Below, in pieces: positions 50,394 to 63,480 of a stretch of DNA of 64,000 bases (positions are counted from its first letter, which is position 1; each line of letters begins with the position of its first letter). Under the pieces are notes generated by a model. The model searched no databases and was not told the DNA's origin. It saw only the letters and a list, made by a program, of their open reading frames with translations. This DNA comes from Sminthopsis crassicaudata (taxonomy: Eukaryota). Position numbers and translations under genes: made by a program. The DNA lies in contig NC_133620.1 in assembly GCF_048593235.1 (NCBI RefSeq), forward strand, positions 311,875,765 through 311,939,764, read 5' to 3'.

Positions 50394-50489
50394 ATGTCCC
50401 CGGAATCCAAAAAGCTGTTCAACATCGTTATTTTAGGCGTTGCCTTTATGTTTATGTTCACTGCCTTTCAAACTTGTGGAAATGTGGCG
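50394..50489 (+). CDS. MFSD11: MFSD11 coding exon 1; UNC93-like MFS transporter
   Basis: MSPESKKLFNIVILGVAFMFMFTAFQTCGNVA. 96 nt, donor GCG|GTGAGT. Confidence 0.97.
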
Positions 50490-51068
50490 GTGAGTGGTGA
50501 TCTATTTTCATCTTCAAATTCTACCTGCTGGTCATGAGTTCAGTAAGGGTTGATGCACATGGAATTTTAACGATTCTAAGTCACACTCTACATGCTCACT
50601 CTGTCACTTCCCATCTCCCTCTTTTCTTTTTTCTCCTGTTGGTTATTAGACTTGATTTTATGTGTCAGACACACTGTTTATTCCTCCTTAAATGTGGATG
50701 TTTAATCATTGCTCCCTCTTTTTCTCTTTGATTTTGTACTAGAGCAGGTATGAGAGTTTGCCCCAGTTATTTTACTTTTTGACCATAGTGACGGGGGACA
50801 CAGTTTCAGGGTTCATCCCCGTCAATAGCATGTACATTATTGGCGCTTGGAAGAACAAGGAAATGAAACTCTCAACCCATAGTTTTAGTCAATTTAGTCA
50901 ACAACTTTGTGTTAACAATATTCCTTCTAATATTGTGCTCCCCTCCAATATTATACACTTGTGTAGTAGAATTGTGAATTCTTTCGTGTTATTTCTATAA
51001 GTTTAAAGGAAAGTTTCTGGCAGAGGGAACTTGGTGTAGTCATTTAGTAATCCTTTTATTTTTCACAG

Positions 51069-51124
51069 CAAACTGTTATTAGAAGCCTAAACAGCACAGA
51101 TTTTCATGGCAGTGGATATACCAG
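51069..51124 (+). CDS. MFSD11: MFSD11 coding exon 2
   Basis: AG/GT, 56 nt, QTVIRSLNSTDFHGSGYTS. Confidence 0.93.
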
Positions 51125-51840
51125 GTATAGTATACTAGTTTTGCTTGTTTAACTGGACTTTGTCAAAATCACATTAAATGATATTTAAAGCACTGGACAA
51201 TAGAATCAGTAATTCTTAGTTCTGAATCCTAACCCAGCCACTTATTAGCTGTATGACTATTGGCAAATTATTTAACCTTACTAAATTTCCATATCCTCAT
51301 GTACTAATACTTGCAGGGTGATTGTGATGAAAAACCCAAACCTCAAAGTGTTTCGTATATTATCACTATCATCTTTATTTTTACCTTCCCATTTTAAAAG
51401 CTGATTAAGGTTACAGATTGTAGCCTTAGTTCATCTTATTTTTTTTTTTTTTAATCCATCAGTGTCATTTTTAAAAATCACATATAATTAGTACCCAATC
51501 CTAAGTGGAAGGGAATTTGCATGTTATCTTTCTGGAATATTAATGAAATATTTATCTGCTTTCCCTATTTTGTATAATAGTAATATGTATCTTGGGGTAG
51601 CTAGTAGAGCATTGTCCTAGGATTCAGTAAAGTATAGGTTGAAATCTTGCCTCTTACTTGTACTAGTTGTATGACCTTAAGAAAGTCCCTTCACTTCTCA
51701 GTGCCTAATAACTTTGTAAGACTAGAAGTTTAGTTAAGGGAGCTGGGTTCCTGATAGAGTTTCCTGTTGCCAATGAAATCATAAGTCTAGGACAAAAGAA
51801 GTAATATTGCTTATTGCCTTTCATAAAAAGAAGCCTCCAA

Positions 51841-51853
51841 GTGTTGTGTGTGT

Positions 51854-51889
<36 letters not shown>
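51841..51889. repeat. (GT)n microsatellite
   Basis: Direct reading. Confidence 0.95.
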
Positions 51890-51891
<2 letters not shown>

Positions 51892-53178
51892 ACATTTCTT
51901 TTGTAAAATGTTTCAGTGATGGGATTATCTCTTTAAAGCTAGAAGGAAACTCTTTAGATTTCTACCCTTCTCCTGTTAACATTTAAGGAAACTGAGATCC
52001 AAAGAGTTTTAATTCTTTTGCCAAAGTCACTTTTTACAAATGGAGTAACTTAAGGTGCAAAGACTTGTTCATTTCATAAGTAAGTCATATTTGAACAAAG
52101 AAATACAATTAATTTTTTTTTTAACCTGGAAGAAAGAACAAAAGCAGTACAGTTTTCCTATTTGTATATGTGCACTTGCTTGAATGCCAGCAGTTCAGTT
52201 TCTTTCAGTTTTATTTTGTTGTTTACCTTCTCCTAGGTTTGACCTGTATTGTGTTAAGTAATGAGAAGTAGCATTTCCTGGTGGTTAGAGATCCAGGCCA
52301 TCAAGCCAAGAATATCTGAATTTTAAGTCTTGCCTCTGATACATACTGATTTTATGACTATGGGCAAAATCACTTTCAGGCAAGATAATAAGAAAGTCAT
52401 AACCTATATTGGTAAAAATTCCCTCTCTTGCAAAGAAATCAGAGTTTCAGTCTCTGTACCTATATCATGTTAACTAATAAATATGCAGTAGTCTGAAGTG
52501 ATTGACAATATACATATAGTGCTTTATTCCAGTTAATTTTGAAATTCTAACTTGATTAACATTATTTATGATAATATTTCTTAATTTTAAAACTAAAAGA
52601 TAATTTATTTTGGCTTTGTAAACTTAAGTTTCAGCCCTAAATCTGAGTTTTTAAATTAAGCATAAATCATATTCTAGTGAATTTTCTTAATAGCCAAAGC
52701 AATCTATTCATTATTAATTGATAAAATTTTACCTAAATATTATCACTGATAAGCAAATTGCAGTTGTGGCAAGTGAAATTCACTTTCAAGTAACTGGGGT
52801 TGATGTCCATGGTTAATGTTTAAAGATTTTAATCAAATTATTAGAAAAATTTTAGACAGAATGGTACCAAGGTATGTAACATGATTTTTTTAACAAAGGA
52901 AAATTATAACCAACTATTCTAGTTTTAGATAATACCTTTTTGACAAAATATTTTGTATATATACCAGTGAACTCCAGTGGTGTAGATTAATACTGGATGA
53001 TGGTCTTTTTTTATAAGGATTTTTTAGTTAATAATATGTTAGTTAACATCACATGTTTTTTAATAGTACGTTTTTATTGAAAAATATATCCTTTTTTTTA
53101 AAGAAAGTGATTCAGAACTTCTTAGATGGTATTTCACAGTGTTTTTCCTTGCTTAATCTCAAATTTTTTTTCATGTAG

Positions 53179-53286
53179 CATGGCAATTATTTATGGAGTA
53201 TTTTCTGCTTCAAACTTGATTACGCCTTCAGTTGTAGCCATAGTGGGACCTCAACTATCTATGTTTGCTAGTGGTTTATTTTATAG
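53179..53286 (+). CDS. MFSD11: MFSD11 coding exon 3
   Basis: AG/GT, 108 nt, MAIIYGVFSASNLITPSVVAIVGPQLSMFASGLFY. Confidence 0.95.
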
Positions 53287-54123
53287 GTAAGTAGCATTAT
53301 AGTACATCATTTATTTCATCAGAATGCCATTAGCATCTTATAAAAACTTAGTAAAAGCTCCATTATTTTCTAACCTAGCATCATTCTAGGGAGCATTCCA
53401 TCAGTTTGACTATTTTGTACTTTGGGATACATTCTAGATGTTAATGTAATTAAGATTTCAGGAAATCTCCTCTTTTTCAAGAATCCTGTCGTGTTCATTA
53501 ATTTTTAATTTTAAAAATTACTTTGCATAAAAATATTTAAGAGCAATGAGCTTACAATTAACAACCCAGACTGATGAATTTGAGTTTGGTGAAAATTCGG
53601 AAAAGAAAATTTAGCTCCAAATTCTTATTTAAAGCAACAAAATTTTATTGTGTTAAAGTACAGTTCAAGCTGATGTATACATCTTGTTCATTTATTAAAA
53701 TGTTATATAAGAGAAAGGAAAATTAAAATAAGGATATTTGTATTTTTGTGTTACTGGAAATAAGTTGATAAAACAGCTTTATTTGTGATATTGGAACTCT
53801 TAAGAGTTGAACAAAACTTCCATTGAATTAGTTTAGTTTGTTTTTAATTGGCCAAAGGTAGATGACTGCTTAGTGACTGAACCTTTCTACCTGAAAGTAG
53901 GACTATAACTTCTCTTTATTCTGTCAATCCACTTCATATGAGGCCATGTCATCCAACATCTATCTTATAAAATAACAGCAGCTTTAATAGAAATGAATAA
54001 ATAAAATGTTTTCCTTTTGAAAACTGGAAACATTTTAGAACTTAAATTTTAGATTGATACTTGGAAGCATTATTGGCATATTTTATGTATTATTTGAAGA
54101 TAACTTGACCTGTTATGTTTTAG

Positions 54124-54203
54124 CATATACATTGCCGTTTTTATCCAGCCTTTCACATGGTCCTTCTACACAGCATCTGTTTTCATTGGAATTGCAGCTG
54201 CTG
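54124..54203 (+). CDS. MFSD11: MFSD11 coding exon 4
   Basis: AG/GT, 80 nt, IYIAVFIQPFTWSFYTASVFIGIAAA. Confidence 0.95.
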
Positions 54204-54334
54204 GTAAGCATGGCTAATGTCTTCCTGCTCTGCATTCTTCTGGGGCTTATCAATGGGTATCATTTGTTTGTAAATTAAGTTACTTAATTTTTTATTATTA
54301 TTACTATTATTGTTAACTTGGGTTTGCCTTTTAG

Positions 54335-54431
54335 TACTTTGGACAGCACAAGGAAATTGCCTTACAATAAATTCAGATGAAAATACTATTGGAAGAAACA
54401 GTGGAATTTTCTGGGCACTCTTGCAGTCCAG
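54335..54431 (+). CDS. MFSD11: MFSD11 coding exon 5
   Basis: AG/GT, 97 nt, LWTAQGNCLTINSDENTIGRNSGIFWALLQS. Confidence 0.95.
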
Positions 54432-54724
54432 GTAGAATTCTTACTTGAAATCTTTTTTCTTTGATTAATTCACTTCACCTAATTAATTCTTTTATCATTC
54501 AGTACTTTTCAGACCTTCCACATCAGTTGATTTTATTAAGTTTTCAAATATATGTAACATTATACTCAAGATTATAGAATGAGTTAAAACTAAAGCCTAT
54601 ATCACCAATAATTCATTCATAAGTGCAATCACAAAGAAGAAAATAACAAACCTGGCATGGTCATTATTTTCATAGGACTTTTCCTTTGTTTTGGTAATTC
54701 ATATGACTATAAATATAAATGTTT

Positions 54725-55430
54725 ATGTTGAGTCAGCTGCTATATATTAAGCACCTACTAGATACCTACTAAGCACTAAGGAAATAAAGAAAAGCAAAAA
54801 TAGTTCCTGCCCTCAAGTAGCTTGCAGTCTAATGGGAAGGAGACCACATGTAAACAATTATGTGCAAACAAGATGTACACAAAATAAATTGAGGATAGAT
54901 TGAGGGAAGGATTAAGGAGGCCTAGGAAAAACTTCGTGAAAGAAGTAAGAGTTTGTTTGAAGCTTGGTCAGGGAAGCCAGAAAATAGAGAAGAGAAAGGA
55001 GAGAATTTCAAGCATGGGAGAAAATCATTAAAAATACCTAGTGTGGAGATTGAGTAAGGAACAGCAATGAGGCTAGTATCACTGGATTAAAGAATATGTA
55101 GTGAGAAGTAAAATATAAAAAGATGAAATAGCAGAAAGGAACCAGGTGGTAAAAGGTTTTAAAAGCCAAATGGTATTTAACATTTGATCCTGGAAACAAT
55201 AGGGAGCTAACATGATCAGGCTTATGCTCTCATTGCTGAATAGAAGATGGACTGAAGAAGGGAGACACTTGGAAATGGGGAGATCAACAGGAAAACTTGC
55301 AGTAGTCTAGAAGTGATGTGATGAGAGCATGGATCAGGATTAGTATTATAGGAGATTATGGGGGGATAGAATTTGGGGGACAGAAATTGTTGAGTCCAGT
55401 ATGACATCTGCATTTAGAGTCTAAGTAACT
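54725..55430 (-). mobile_element. L2 fragment
   Basis: attaagcacctacta...ctgccctcaagtagcttgcagtctaatggg, reverse L2 3' region. Confidence 0.75.
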
Positions 55431-55546
55431 GGGAAGATGTGGTTCTATTATAAATTTAAAATGAATCTGTAATTTCCAGACAATACCAAATGAAATACAA
55501 GTTTAAAATAAGAGAAGAATAATTTCTTCATTAGAGTCTTTTTTCA

Positions 55547-55696
55547 GGGGCAGCTAGGTGTTGCAGTGGTTAGAGCACCAGCCTTGAAGTCAGGAGAACC
55601 TGAGTTCAAATCCGATCTTAGACACTTAACACTTCCTAACTGTGTGACCCTGGACAAGTCATTTAATCCCAATTGCCTCAGCAAAAAAAAAAAAAA
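55547..55696 (+). mobile_element. WSINE1-like SINE with TSD
   Basis: Full-length with A tail. TSD agagtcttttttc (55533-55545) / agattcttttttc (55696-55708). Confidence 0.9.
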
Positions 55697-56030
55697 GATT
55701 CTTTTTTCCAAGCCATTTTGTTAGAGAGTTCTAGTAAATCATATGATTCAAAATGAGTACTTTTCTTTGAAAGGCTACTGTGAATCAAGTTACTGTCACA
55801 TGACAGATAGCACATTATTTCAGATCTCAGTTGCAAATTAAATTTTTCCAAGCATAGAATGAAAGGGGGGGAGGGTCATCATTTTTCATAATTATTATTC
55901 TAGAGCTAGAAGAAAGAGTTGAGGAAAAGTATATATGCCCTTTTTTTGCTTAGAAATAACTGGATTCCCTTTTTTAAAATCTCTAATAGTATTTTAAATA
56001 TATCCTTCTTACCTTTTTTTTCCTTTCCAG

Positions 56031-56089
56031 CTTGTTCTTTGGAAATCTTTACATTTATCTTGCTTGGCAAGGAAAAACTCAAATATCAG
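56031..56089 (+). CDS. MFSD11: MFSD11 coding exon 6
   Basis: AG/GT, 59 nt, LFFGNLYIYLAWQGKTQIS. Confidence 0.95.
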
Positions 56090-56743
56090 GTTTGTATTAT
56101 TTACTTTGTTTTTAAGACTCCAGTGACATCTATTATTTGTATTATTTTGGGCACTGCTATAATAAAAACTTGAGCTTCTAGATTCTCATTTTCATATTTT
56201 GAGATTTTAGCAACCTTAAACCAACAGCTTATTTCATTTTCCCTATAGAATGGATTACCACTCTTTAAATAGTATTAAGGACTTTAAAGTCATTTAAGAA
56301 GTTTTGTTGTAGATTGAAAATTATGAAAGAAATACTTGATACTTAAACAAGAAAATCTTGTACTTTGACTATTTTTTACATTGCTCTGTAATGACAAAAT
56401 ATGATTTTTGTTAGGATTACAAAGGTGCAAACTCCTTTCAAAGGCCTGAACCAAAGGTGTGAATTCTGAGCTAGAGAATTGTTTAGACAACCTGAGTTCT
56501 CACCTTGTAATCCTAACAATTTTCTTTTTCTATGCTTATTCCTTTGGCTTGTTACCACATCTGAAACAAAGATAGGAATGGAATTGACATTTTATCTCTT
56601 ATCCAAAGTTCATCAGGTTTTATTGATGCATTTAACAAGTATTTTGATAATTAAACACTTTTAGCTATTGTTAGCCTCTGTGGAAAAAATACAGATTTAA
56701 GGATTATTTATGTAATTAACACTGCCTATCTTTTTTTCTTCAG

Positions 56744-56888
56744 AGAATGACCGAAGAACGGTTTTTATTGCTCTGACGGTGATTAGCCTTGTGGGAACAG
56801 TTCTTTTCTTTCTCATTAGGAAACCAGACCCTGATAATGTATTGGGAGATGATGAGTCCTCTGATAATGAGAGTCTGGAAGTCAACAT
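56744..56888 (+). CDS. MFSD11: MFSD11 coding exon 7
   Basis: AG/GT, 145 nt, NDRRTVFIALTVISLVGTVLFFLIRKPD... Confidence 0.95.
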
Positions 56889-58725
56889 GTAAGAACTTTG
56901 GAAATTAACCTGTTTTTTTCCCTTTCAAAGTTTGGGCTCATGTAGTCCTGGGATCACCAACTTCTTTATCCTTGTCTATCATCCCAAAAACTAGACCAGT
57001 CCCAATAGTTGGGAAAAAAAAAAGAAAAAGAAAAAATTTTTAAAAGGAAGAAGAAAAGGGTAGAATGGAAATAGAAGAGAAAATATTATATAAAAGAGTT
57101 AGGTTCTGATCTTATCTTCACTACTTAGGCAAATCTCTATAGTAAATTCTCCAGTAATTTCCTTAAGTAATCTGAAGTATTCCTAAATCTGTGATTTCTG
57201 CCCATAGTGATCTGAGTGAACTCAGATTAGGAAGTTTAATACCTATTTCTATACATTGACTTTAGAGAATTCCTTAAGTGAGCATGGTTTTTGTAGCTTT
57301 CAAGGAAGAAATCTTGGTGATAATCTGTTCAGCCAATCCTTCCTTTTACATATGCTTAAATCAAGATTGTATAGTCATGGGCAAATTTTTTGAATGTAGA
57401 GGAGGTATAATTTTTTTTTTTTTTTTTTACTTCATAGTGCTGTGGTCAATTATTAGTCACATGAATGAATAACCATTTTTTTCTATGTTCTTCTATCCTT
57501 AATTAGATAAAACTTTGAAAAATATCAATTTATGGAATGTGGTTTATAGATTAAGAATATCTTTTCCTTAACTGGGATTTTATTAGTTGGAGTTAGTATT
57601 TTTTTGGAGTTCATGGTAGTAACATAGCCAAAGAATGAATCATATCTGCCTTCATGACAGTTACAGTTTTATTGTTGAGAATGAGAAGGGAGGTTTTCCT
57701 ATTTATTACATTACTTTGCCTTTTTAATTAGCATAAAGGAAACAAAATATGAGAGTAAAAAGACCACTCACTGGCTTTGGAGTAACAAGACCTGGGTCAA
57801 ATCTTGGCTTTGACACTTTTTGTGAATGTAAGCAAGTCACTTGGCCCCTCTGGGCTAGAGTTGATTTATCTGTAAAATGAAAGCTTGAACTTAAAAAAAG
57901 TTAAAAAAAAATTATACCTCCTCTACATTCAAAAAATTTAAGAGTTAGAGTACATACTAAGGAGAGTTTTAACTTTAAAGATTAGTTTGACATTCCTACA
58001 GAAAATTACTAACTACTTAACTAATCTGGTCTTTGATTTAGTACCCACCCTGAAGTTCTGATCTTTTAGGCTTAAAAACAGAAACAAAGCAATATTGATC
58101 TTTTAATGTACTATTTTTCAAATTAATTGGATCCTAATTACCAATTACCTCCTGTTATTCCATTTATCAAGGAATTGCATGAATTCCCTTGAGATTCCCT
58201 TTATCTCTATCATACCAACTGGAATTCTAGTTATATGTTTTGTTTTGTTTTGTTTTTTCAGCTTGCTAAAGTAGACTTTATTGGTATAGTGGTAAAAGGG
58301 ATCTATCTATTTTTCCCCTTTTCATTAAAGAATGAAGAATTTTACTCTACACAGAAATGTTGCATTAATAAAAATAAATTTTGTTTACAAGATAGTGAGA
58401 AAAATAATGCTTTCACAAATATTTTCATGAATTGAAAATACTGCCTTGTTATAAATTATATTTGACTATGATCTAAGTGAAAATCAACAGAAAGATAACT
58501 TTGTGTGAATTATATTTATTCAGAAGATTGAAGACCTTAATTTATGGATCATGATAAATATTTGACTAAAACAGAAATATAAGCCTTCATGATAAAACAA
58601 GCAACATTCCTTGCCACTTAATACTTAGAATCTGTAATTGTTTAAATACTGTATTAAAGCATAATGGTATTTTCTTTTTTTTCTTCTTGAAGACTGAAAA
58701 GAAATTTTTTTTTTTATTCAACCAG

Positions 58726-58766
58726 GTCTATCCAGAATGACATGACAAAGGCAGTAGATGCATTTA
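58726..58766 (+). CDS. MFSD11: MFSD11 coding exon 8
   Basis: AG/GT, 41 nt, SIQNDMTKAVDAF. Keeps the frame. Confidence 0.9.
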
Positions 58767-58904
58767 GTGAGTATTTTGCATTTTTGGAGGGGATGGATTG
58801 ATTGTGGTGATTTCTTTGGCCTTTTGGTTTAGATTAAGTGAGTGGATTAGTAAATGATATTGTAAAGGAATTTCTGAGAAGGAGTGAACTGTATAGTAAA
58901 AAGT

Positions 58905-59060
58905 TAATAAACATTTATTAAGTGCATACTATATGCTAAGTACTGGGCTATGTGACAGGATGTAAAGAAAGGAAAGAGTCTGTTCTCAATTACTCAGTTT
59001 AATGTAAGAAACAATAGGCAAACAAATGTGTACAAACAGGATATCCTGAAGGTATAAGAA
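58905..59060 (-). mobile_element. L2 3' fragment
   Basis: aataaacatttattaagtgcatactatatgctaagtactggg... Confidence 0.65.
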
Positions 59061-59737
59061 AATGACAGAGAGCATCACAGTTATGGGAGGCAAGCAAGGA
59101 AAATGTCCAGAGTCAGAAGACAGGGTCAACCTATTTCCTCATGTATAAAATGAGACTTTAAGGTTATTTGATGTCATTGTTATCCATACTGCCATCAGTA
59201 GTGGTTGAAATCACCTCTGACTGCTAATAAAAATTCTCTTGAATTGTATCACCAAAAAATTTATTACCTAGTAATTAAACTTTAAGTGGACCTTTTTGAA
59301 TTTAACTAGGCTGGATCTCCAAACCTGAAAACTTTCTAACTTATTAAAAGACTTGGAAGATACTCCTGACAAGTCCTCCAAGATAAGTCAAGTCCTCCAT
59401 ATCAGTTAGGCATTGGAAAATAATTTTTGTGAAAGTTTGTGAGGAACAAATAAGTTGATATGTGTAAAATATTTCTGGAATGTTATACATCTCTCTGTTC
59501 AGTGTATGCCATTAACACTGTTTGTGATCAGTTCAACCAAATATACACAGATCTCAGTCAACTTATAAGAGTGCCTGAACAGGAAGTTCAAATAACATTG
59601 ATAATTATTTTTGAAAAGAAATGTGTTTTATAAATATTACTAAATTGTAGTGAGTGAAATTGATTATGTTCTCAGAAAGTGTAATTGATTTAACATTCAT
59701 TAGTCTTTTCTGTTTATTCAAAAGGCCATTCATTTAT

Positions 59738-60136
59738 TGTTAGGTTCTTACTAAGTGCAAAGTTGGTACTTAACAATTCTCTAGTTCACACCTTTGGTTG
59801 AGGCCTTTTAGGGGAGTTTACACCTTTGAACTTCTGAGGAGGAGTTTACATTAAGTAGATTACACCTTTAAAAGGAGTTCTGAAAAGGAGTTTACACAAC
59901 CTTTAAAAGGAGCAAGTTCATTGGTTGAAGTATTTTCTCACAAGCCCCGTTGAATTCTCACTACAATCTCTGCTAGGATAAAAAAGGAGGGCAGGAGGGC
60001 AAGAAGTTAGTCAATTCTGGGACAGAGTTCGGTTGGCAGTCTGCAAGGGCAACTTAGAGATGACAGGACCTTTACAATTTGAAGCATAACTTAGAGACAA
60101 CAGGACCTTTACAATTTGGCGCCCACAATGTGGGGC
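59738..60136 (+). mobile_element. ERV 5' LTR (family A) plus tRNA-Lys-type PBS; truncated provirus
   Basis: TGTTAGGTTCTTACTAAGTGC...CTTTACA (59738-60113), followed after 3 nt by TGGCGCCCACAATGTGGGGC (60117-60136). No 3' LTR or gag/pol recognised. Confidence 0.8.
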
Positions 60137-61036
60137 AAAGACTTTTGCTTATCCTGACAAGGACAAGATATATTCATTCTTTGCCAGGGAAAGATTCTGA
60201 CTTAGAAGAAGTATTCTTCCTTACAAACCAAACTGAAGCTAAATTACCTATTAGTCTTTTGAATAGAGCTATGTTTTGAAAAAAAATATTACTAATCTAT
60301 TTCATATCTATGTTATGTAGATTATTGTAATAAGCTTCATTAAAATTGGAATATAGCAATATGGCTTCATTTATTTTATCCCAAAGTAAACATTTTTCAC
60401 AGAAGAATTTCTCCAGTACAAATGTTTATGGGAACTTGGAATATTAAATATCAGATCTTTCCCCACAAATCACTGTTGAAAATATTCTATGTCATATAAA
60501 TCAGATTTATACTAGGAGTTTTTTGGATGGGATTTTGAAATATGTACTATGTCGTGCTATTTTCCTTTTCCTCATTTCTAGAATTTTGGTAGTTGACTAT
60601 ATGGTAAATTAGGCCAGGTTACTAATATGGTAGGATATGAGGGATAATGAAAGGTTCTACAAAGATTCCTAACTGGCATTCTTAAATACCTCAACATTTC
60701 TAATTTTAACTTTTTTTCTTATTCCATCACACATTTGAGGCTATATCAAAAGTACAAAAAACATTTTTTAAAAGGTAACCACAATAATAAGCTGGTATGC
60801 AGACCAAAAAAGTTTAAGAGTTGATAAATTTACAATCTATTTTTGACCTAAGCCTGGTCCATAAATTGTCTGAAATTTCCTTTGGCATGATTCTAGTATT
60901 CCAGTGCACTGAATAGGGTAGAATAAGATAGAATGAATTCCTTAATTTGGCCAGCCTTTAATATTATAACTATAATTTATTCCAGTTAAAGAAAACTAAT
61001 ATAAGTGATATCTTCTAACATCTCTGTTATTTGTAG

Positions 61037-61102
61037 AAAAATCTCTTAAATTGTTTGTCACCAAAGAAATCCTGTTCCTCAGTGTTACAACTGCCTATAC
61101 AG
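61037..61102 (+). CDS. MFSD11: MFSD11 coding exon 9
   Basis: AG/GT, 66 nt, KSLKLFVTKEILFLSVTTAYT. Confidence 0.93.
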
Positions 61103-62069
61103 GTAAGCAATTAATGAGAGATGGTAAATAACTGATGGTTTTAAGGCAGCATTGTGGCATTATAGAGATAGCAGTCAGAAATAAACCCTTATGCTCTGAG
61201 ATGGGATAAATGTAATAATTCATTGTATAATGAGATATGCAAAGAATATCATAAGAGGAATCTGACAACAGTCCCTTTTAAAAAATTGTATGTTAATTTA
61301 ACAACATGATGGTTATTTTTCCTTCTTGACCCCCAAAGGTTTAAAAAAACACCTTGCCTTAAGAGAAATAAGAAACAAAATAAGAACTTTCAGTCTTACA
61401 ATGTTGTAATCTTGGAGAAAATCCTGTTTTTACCAGTTTAAGTATGAAATTATTTCTTATTTGACCAATAGAAAATTGTGTTTAGTTTAAAACATTGTAT
61501 TGTACCTCCAAACTAAAATACTTAGATTATTTTTCTTATCATTTTCCTTACTAAGAAATATTCCTTTACAATTAAGTCGAAAAATTTATCAGTCATTTAT
61601 AGTAATTATAGCAAAGCTACATACCCTGCTCATCTCCAAAAGAAAGCTAAGAAGTTAGTCTTAGTAATATTTTTATGCATTGAAATTTTATTTTATCTTC
61701 AGGTTCATATAGATGTCATATTTTATGGTTCGTGCTTTCCATTACATATGTAGCACATCAGAATTGTAGATTAAGTGGAAAAAACATTCCTTAGATGGGA
61801 ATTAATAGTTTAATTTAAATATTATTTCTTTTAACCATCTTTAAGCAGTCTGTTTTTAAGTGCCTACTATGAGTCAATCACTGTACTAGGTGCTAGAGAT
61901 ATGGCAAATAACAGTCCCTTTTCAAGCAACTTCTAATTTGCTCTGAGAATTATAAGATTTTTGGAGTTCATATATGTCTTTTTAATTGATGCTTTTAGAC
62001 ATAGACAATACATACATGATGGAAGAGTAATTTTGATACTATAATTAATTTAAGAATTTTTTTCTAAAG

Positions 62070-62195
62070 GTCTGGAATTAACATTCTTCTCTGGTGTATA
62101 TGGAACCTGTATTGGTGCTGTAAATCAGTTTGGCACAGAAGAAAAAGGCCTTATTGGACTTTCTGGCATTTTCATTGGCATTGGAGAAATTTTAG
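62070..62195 (+). CDS. MFSD11: MFSD11 coding exon 10 (gene continues beyond the window)
   Basis: AG/GT, 126 nt, LELTFFSGVYGTCIGAVNQFGTEEKGLIGLSGIFIGIGEIL. Cumulative 874 nt with no stop. Confidence 0.95.
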
Positions 62196-62334
62196 GTTAG
62201 AAATAATTTTCTCTTATCTCTCCAGTTGGTGAGATTTGTTGTAGGACTTTTGAATGATTCTCTATTTTTCATATCTTTCAGTTTCTCTTATTTCCTTGCA
62301 CTTCACACTTCTGATTATTTCCATTCATCTTAGA

Positions 62335-62470
62335 ATAAATAAATCAAACTTGCCATCTAGGGAAGGGGTTGGAGGGAAGAGGGGAGAAAAAAATTTGGAG
62401 TACAAGGTTTTGCAAGGAAGAATGTTGAAAACTATGTATATATTTTGAAAATAAAAAGCTTTTTAAAAAA
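62335..62470 (+). mobile_element. L1 3' end fragment
   Basis: ttgccatctagggaaggggttggaggg...tgaaaataaaaagc plus tail. Confidence 0.75.
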
Positions 62471-63304
62471 AGAATAAATAAATCAAGCAACTTAGACCAC
62501 ATCAAAAATAAAATCATCAGTATTAAAAATATATATATATATATAACATTTTCCCAAAATTTAATCTCAAATTAATCTCAAAAAAAAAGGGTTTTTTGTT
62601 TTTGTTTTTGTTTTTTAATATTACCTATCTACAGGAACTATTGATTTTAATATTTGTGTTTAGTGGTATAGTATGGTTCCCTCAAACTATTTTACATTTA
62701 GATATAAAAGTCTGATTGGTAATCTTGTAATGAAAAACTTGCCTTATTGTTAACTGACAAATCTGATATTTCTTGATTAAAGTCTTAAAGCCAACTAAGA
62801 GAAAGCATATTATGGTAGAAACAGCATTAGATTTGATTCAAGAGGACCAGAATTTGAGTCTAATCCATGCTGCTTCCTATATCTGAATGCCATTGGGCAG
62901 ATCACTTAAGTGTGTAAATCTCAGCTTCATTCTCTAAAATAACAGGGAGTGACTAGAACGAAGAACAAATTTAACTCTTAGATCCCATGCTCTTAACTAG
63001 TTTTATAATAAATGAACAGCTTTTCTTATTTAATACTATTGACTTTTGCATAAGGAGACCTTTTTTTTTCCATTTAATAATATCACGAATTTCAAATTCC
63101 TCCCATTTTTGTATTTGAAATCTTCTGGTATTGTTTCCATATAATAAAGATTCATGTTCAGTTCATATTAAATTAAAGCATTTTCCTCATAGCTTATTAT
63201 TATAGGTATGCAAAGACTATATTTACATTTTATATTTGAGAAAACAAATTAAGGCTCAGAAAGGTCCCTTTCTTGTGATTACACACAAAGAAATATCTTA
63301 AAAC

Positions 63305-63480
63305 ACAGCTAGGTAGTGAAGTAGAGAGATCACTAGAGTCAAAGAATCTGAGTTTCAATCTGACCTCAGATACTTGCTAGCTTTGTAATCCTGAGCAAGT
63401 CATTTAAGCAATGTCTGCCTCAATTTCCTCAAATGTAAAAATGGGAATAATAATGTACCCACCTCTTAGAGCTCTTATGA
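63305..63480 (+). mobile_element. MIR/Mar1 SINE
   Basis: cagctaggtagtgaagtagagag...ctgagtttcaatctgacctcagatacttgctagc...tgtaaaaatgggaataat. Confidence 0.75.

Noticed and set aside
60079-60279. Retroviral gag start after the PBS
   Set aside because: The ORF starts inside the LTR, is only 66 aa, and shows no recognisable matrix or capsid motif.
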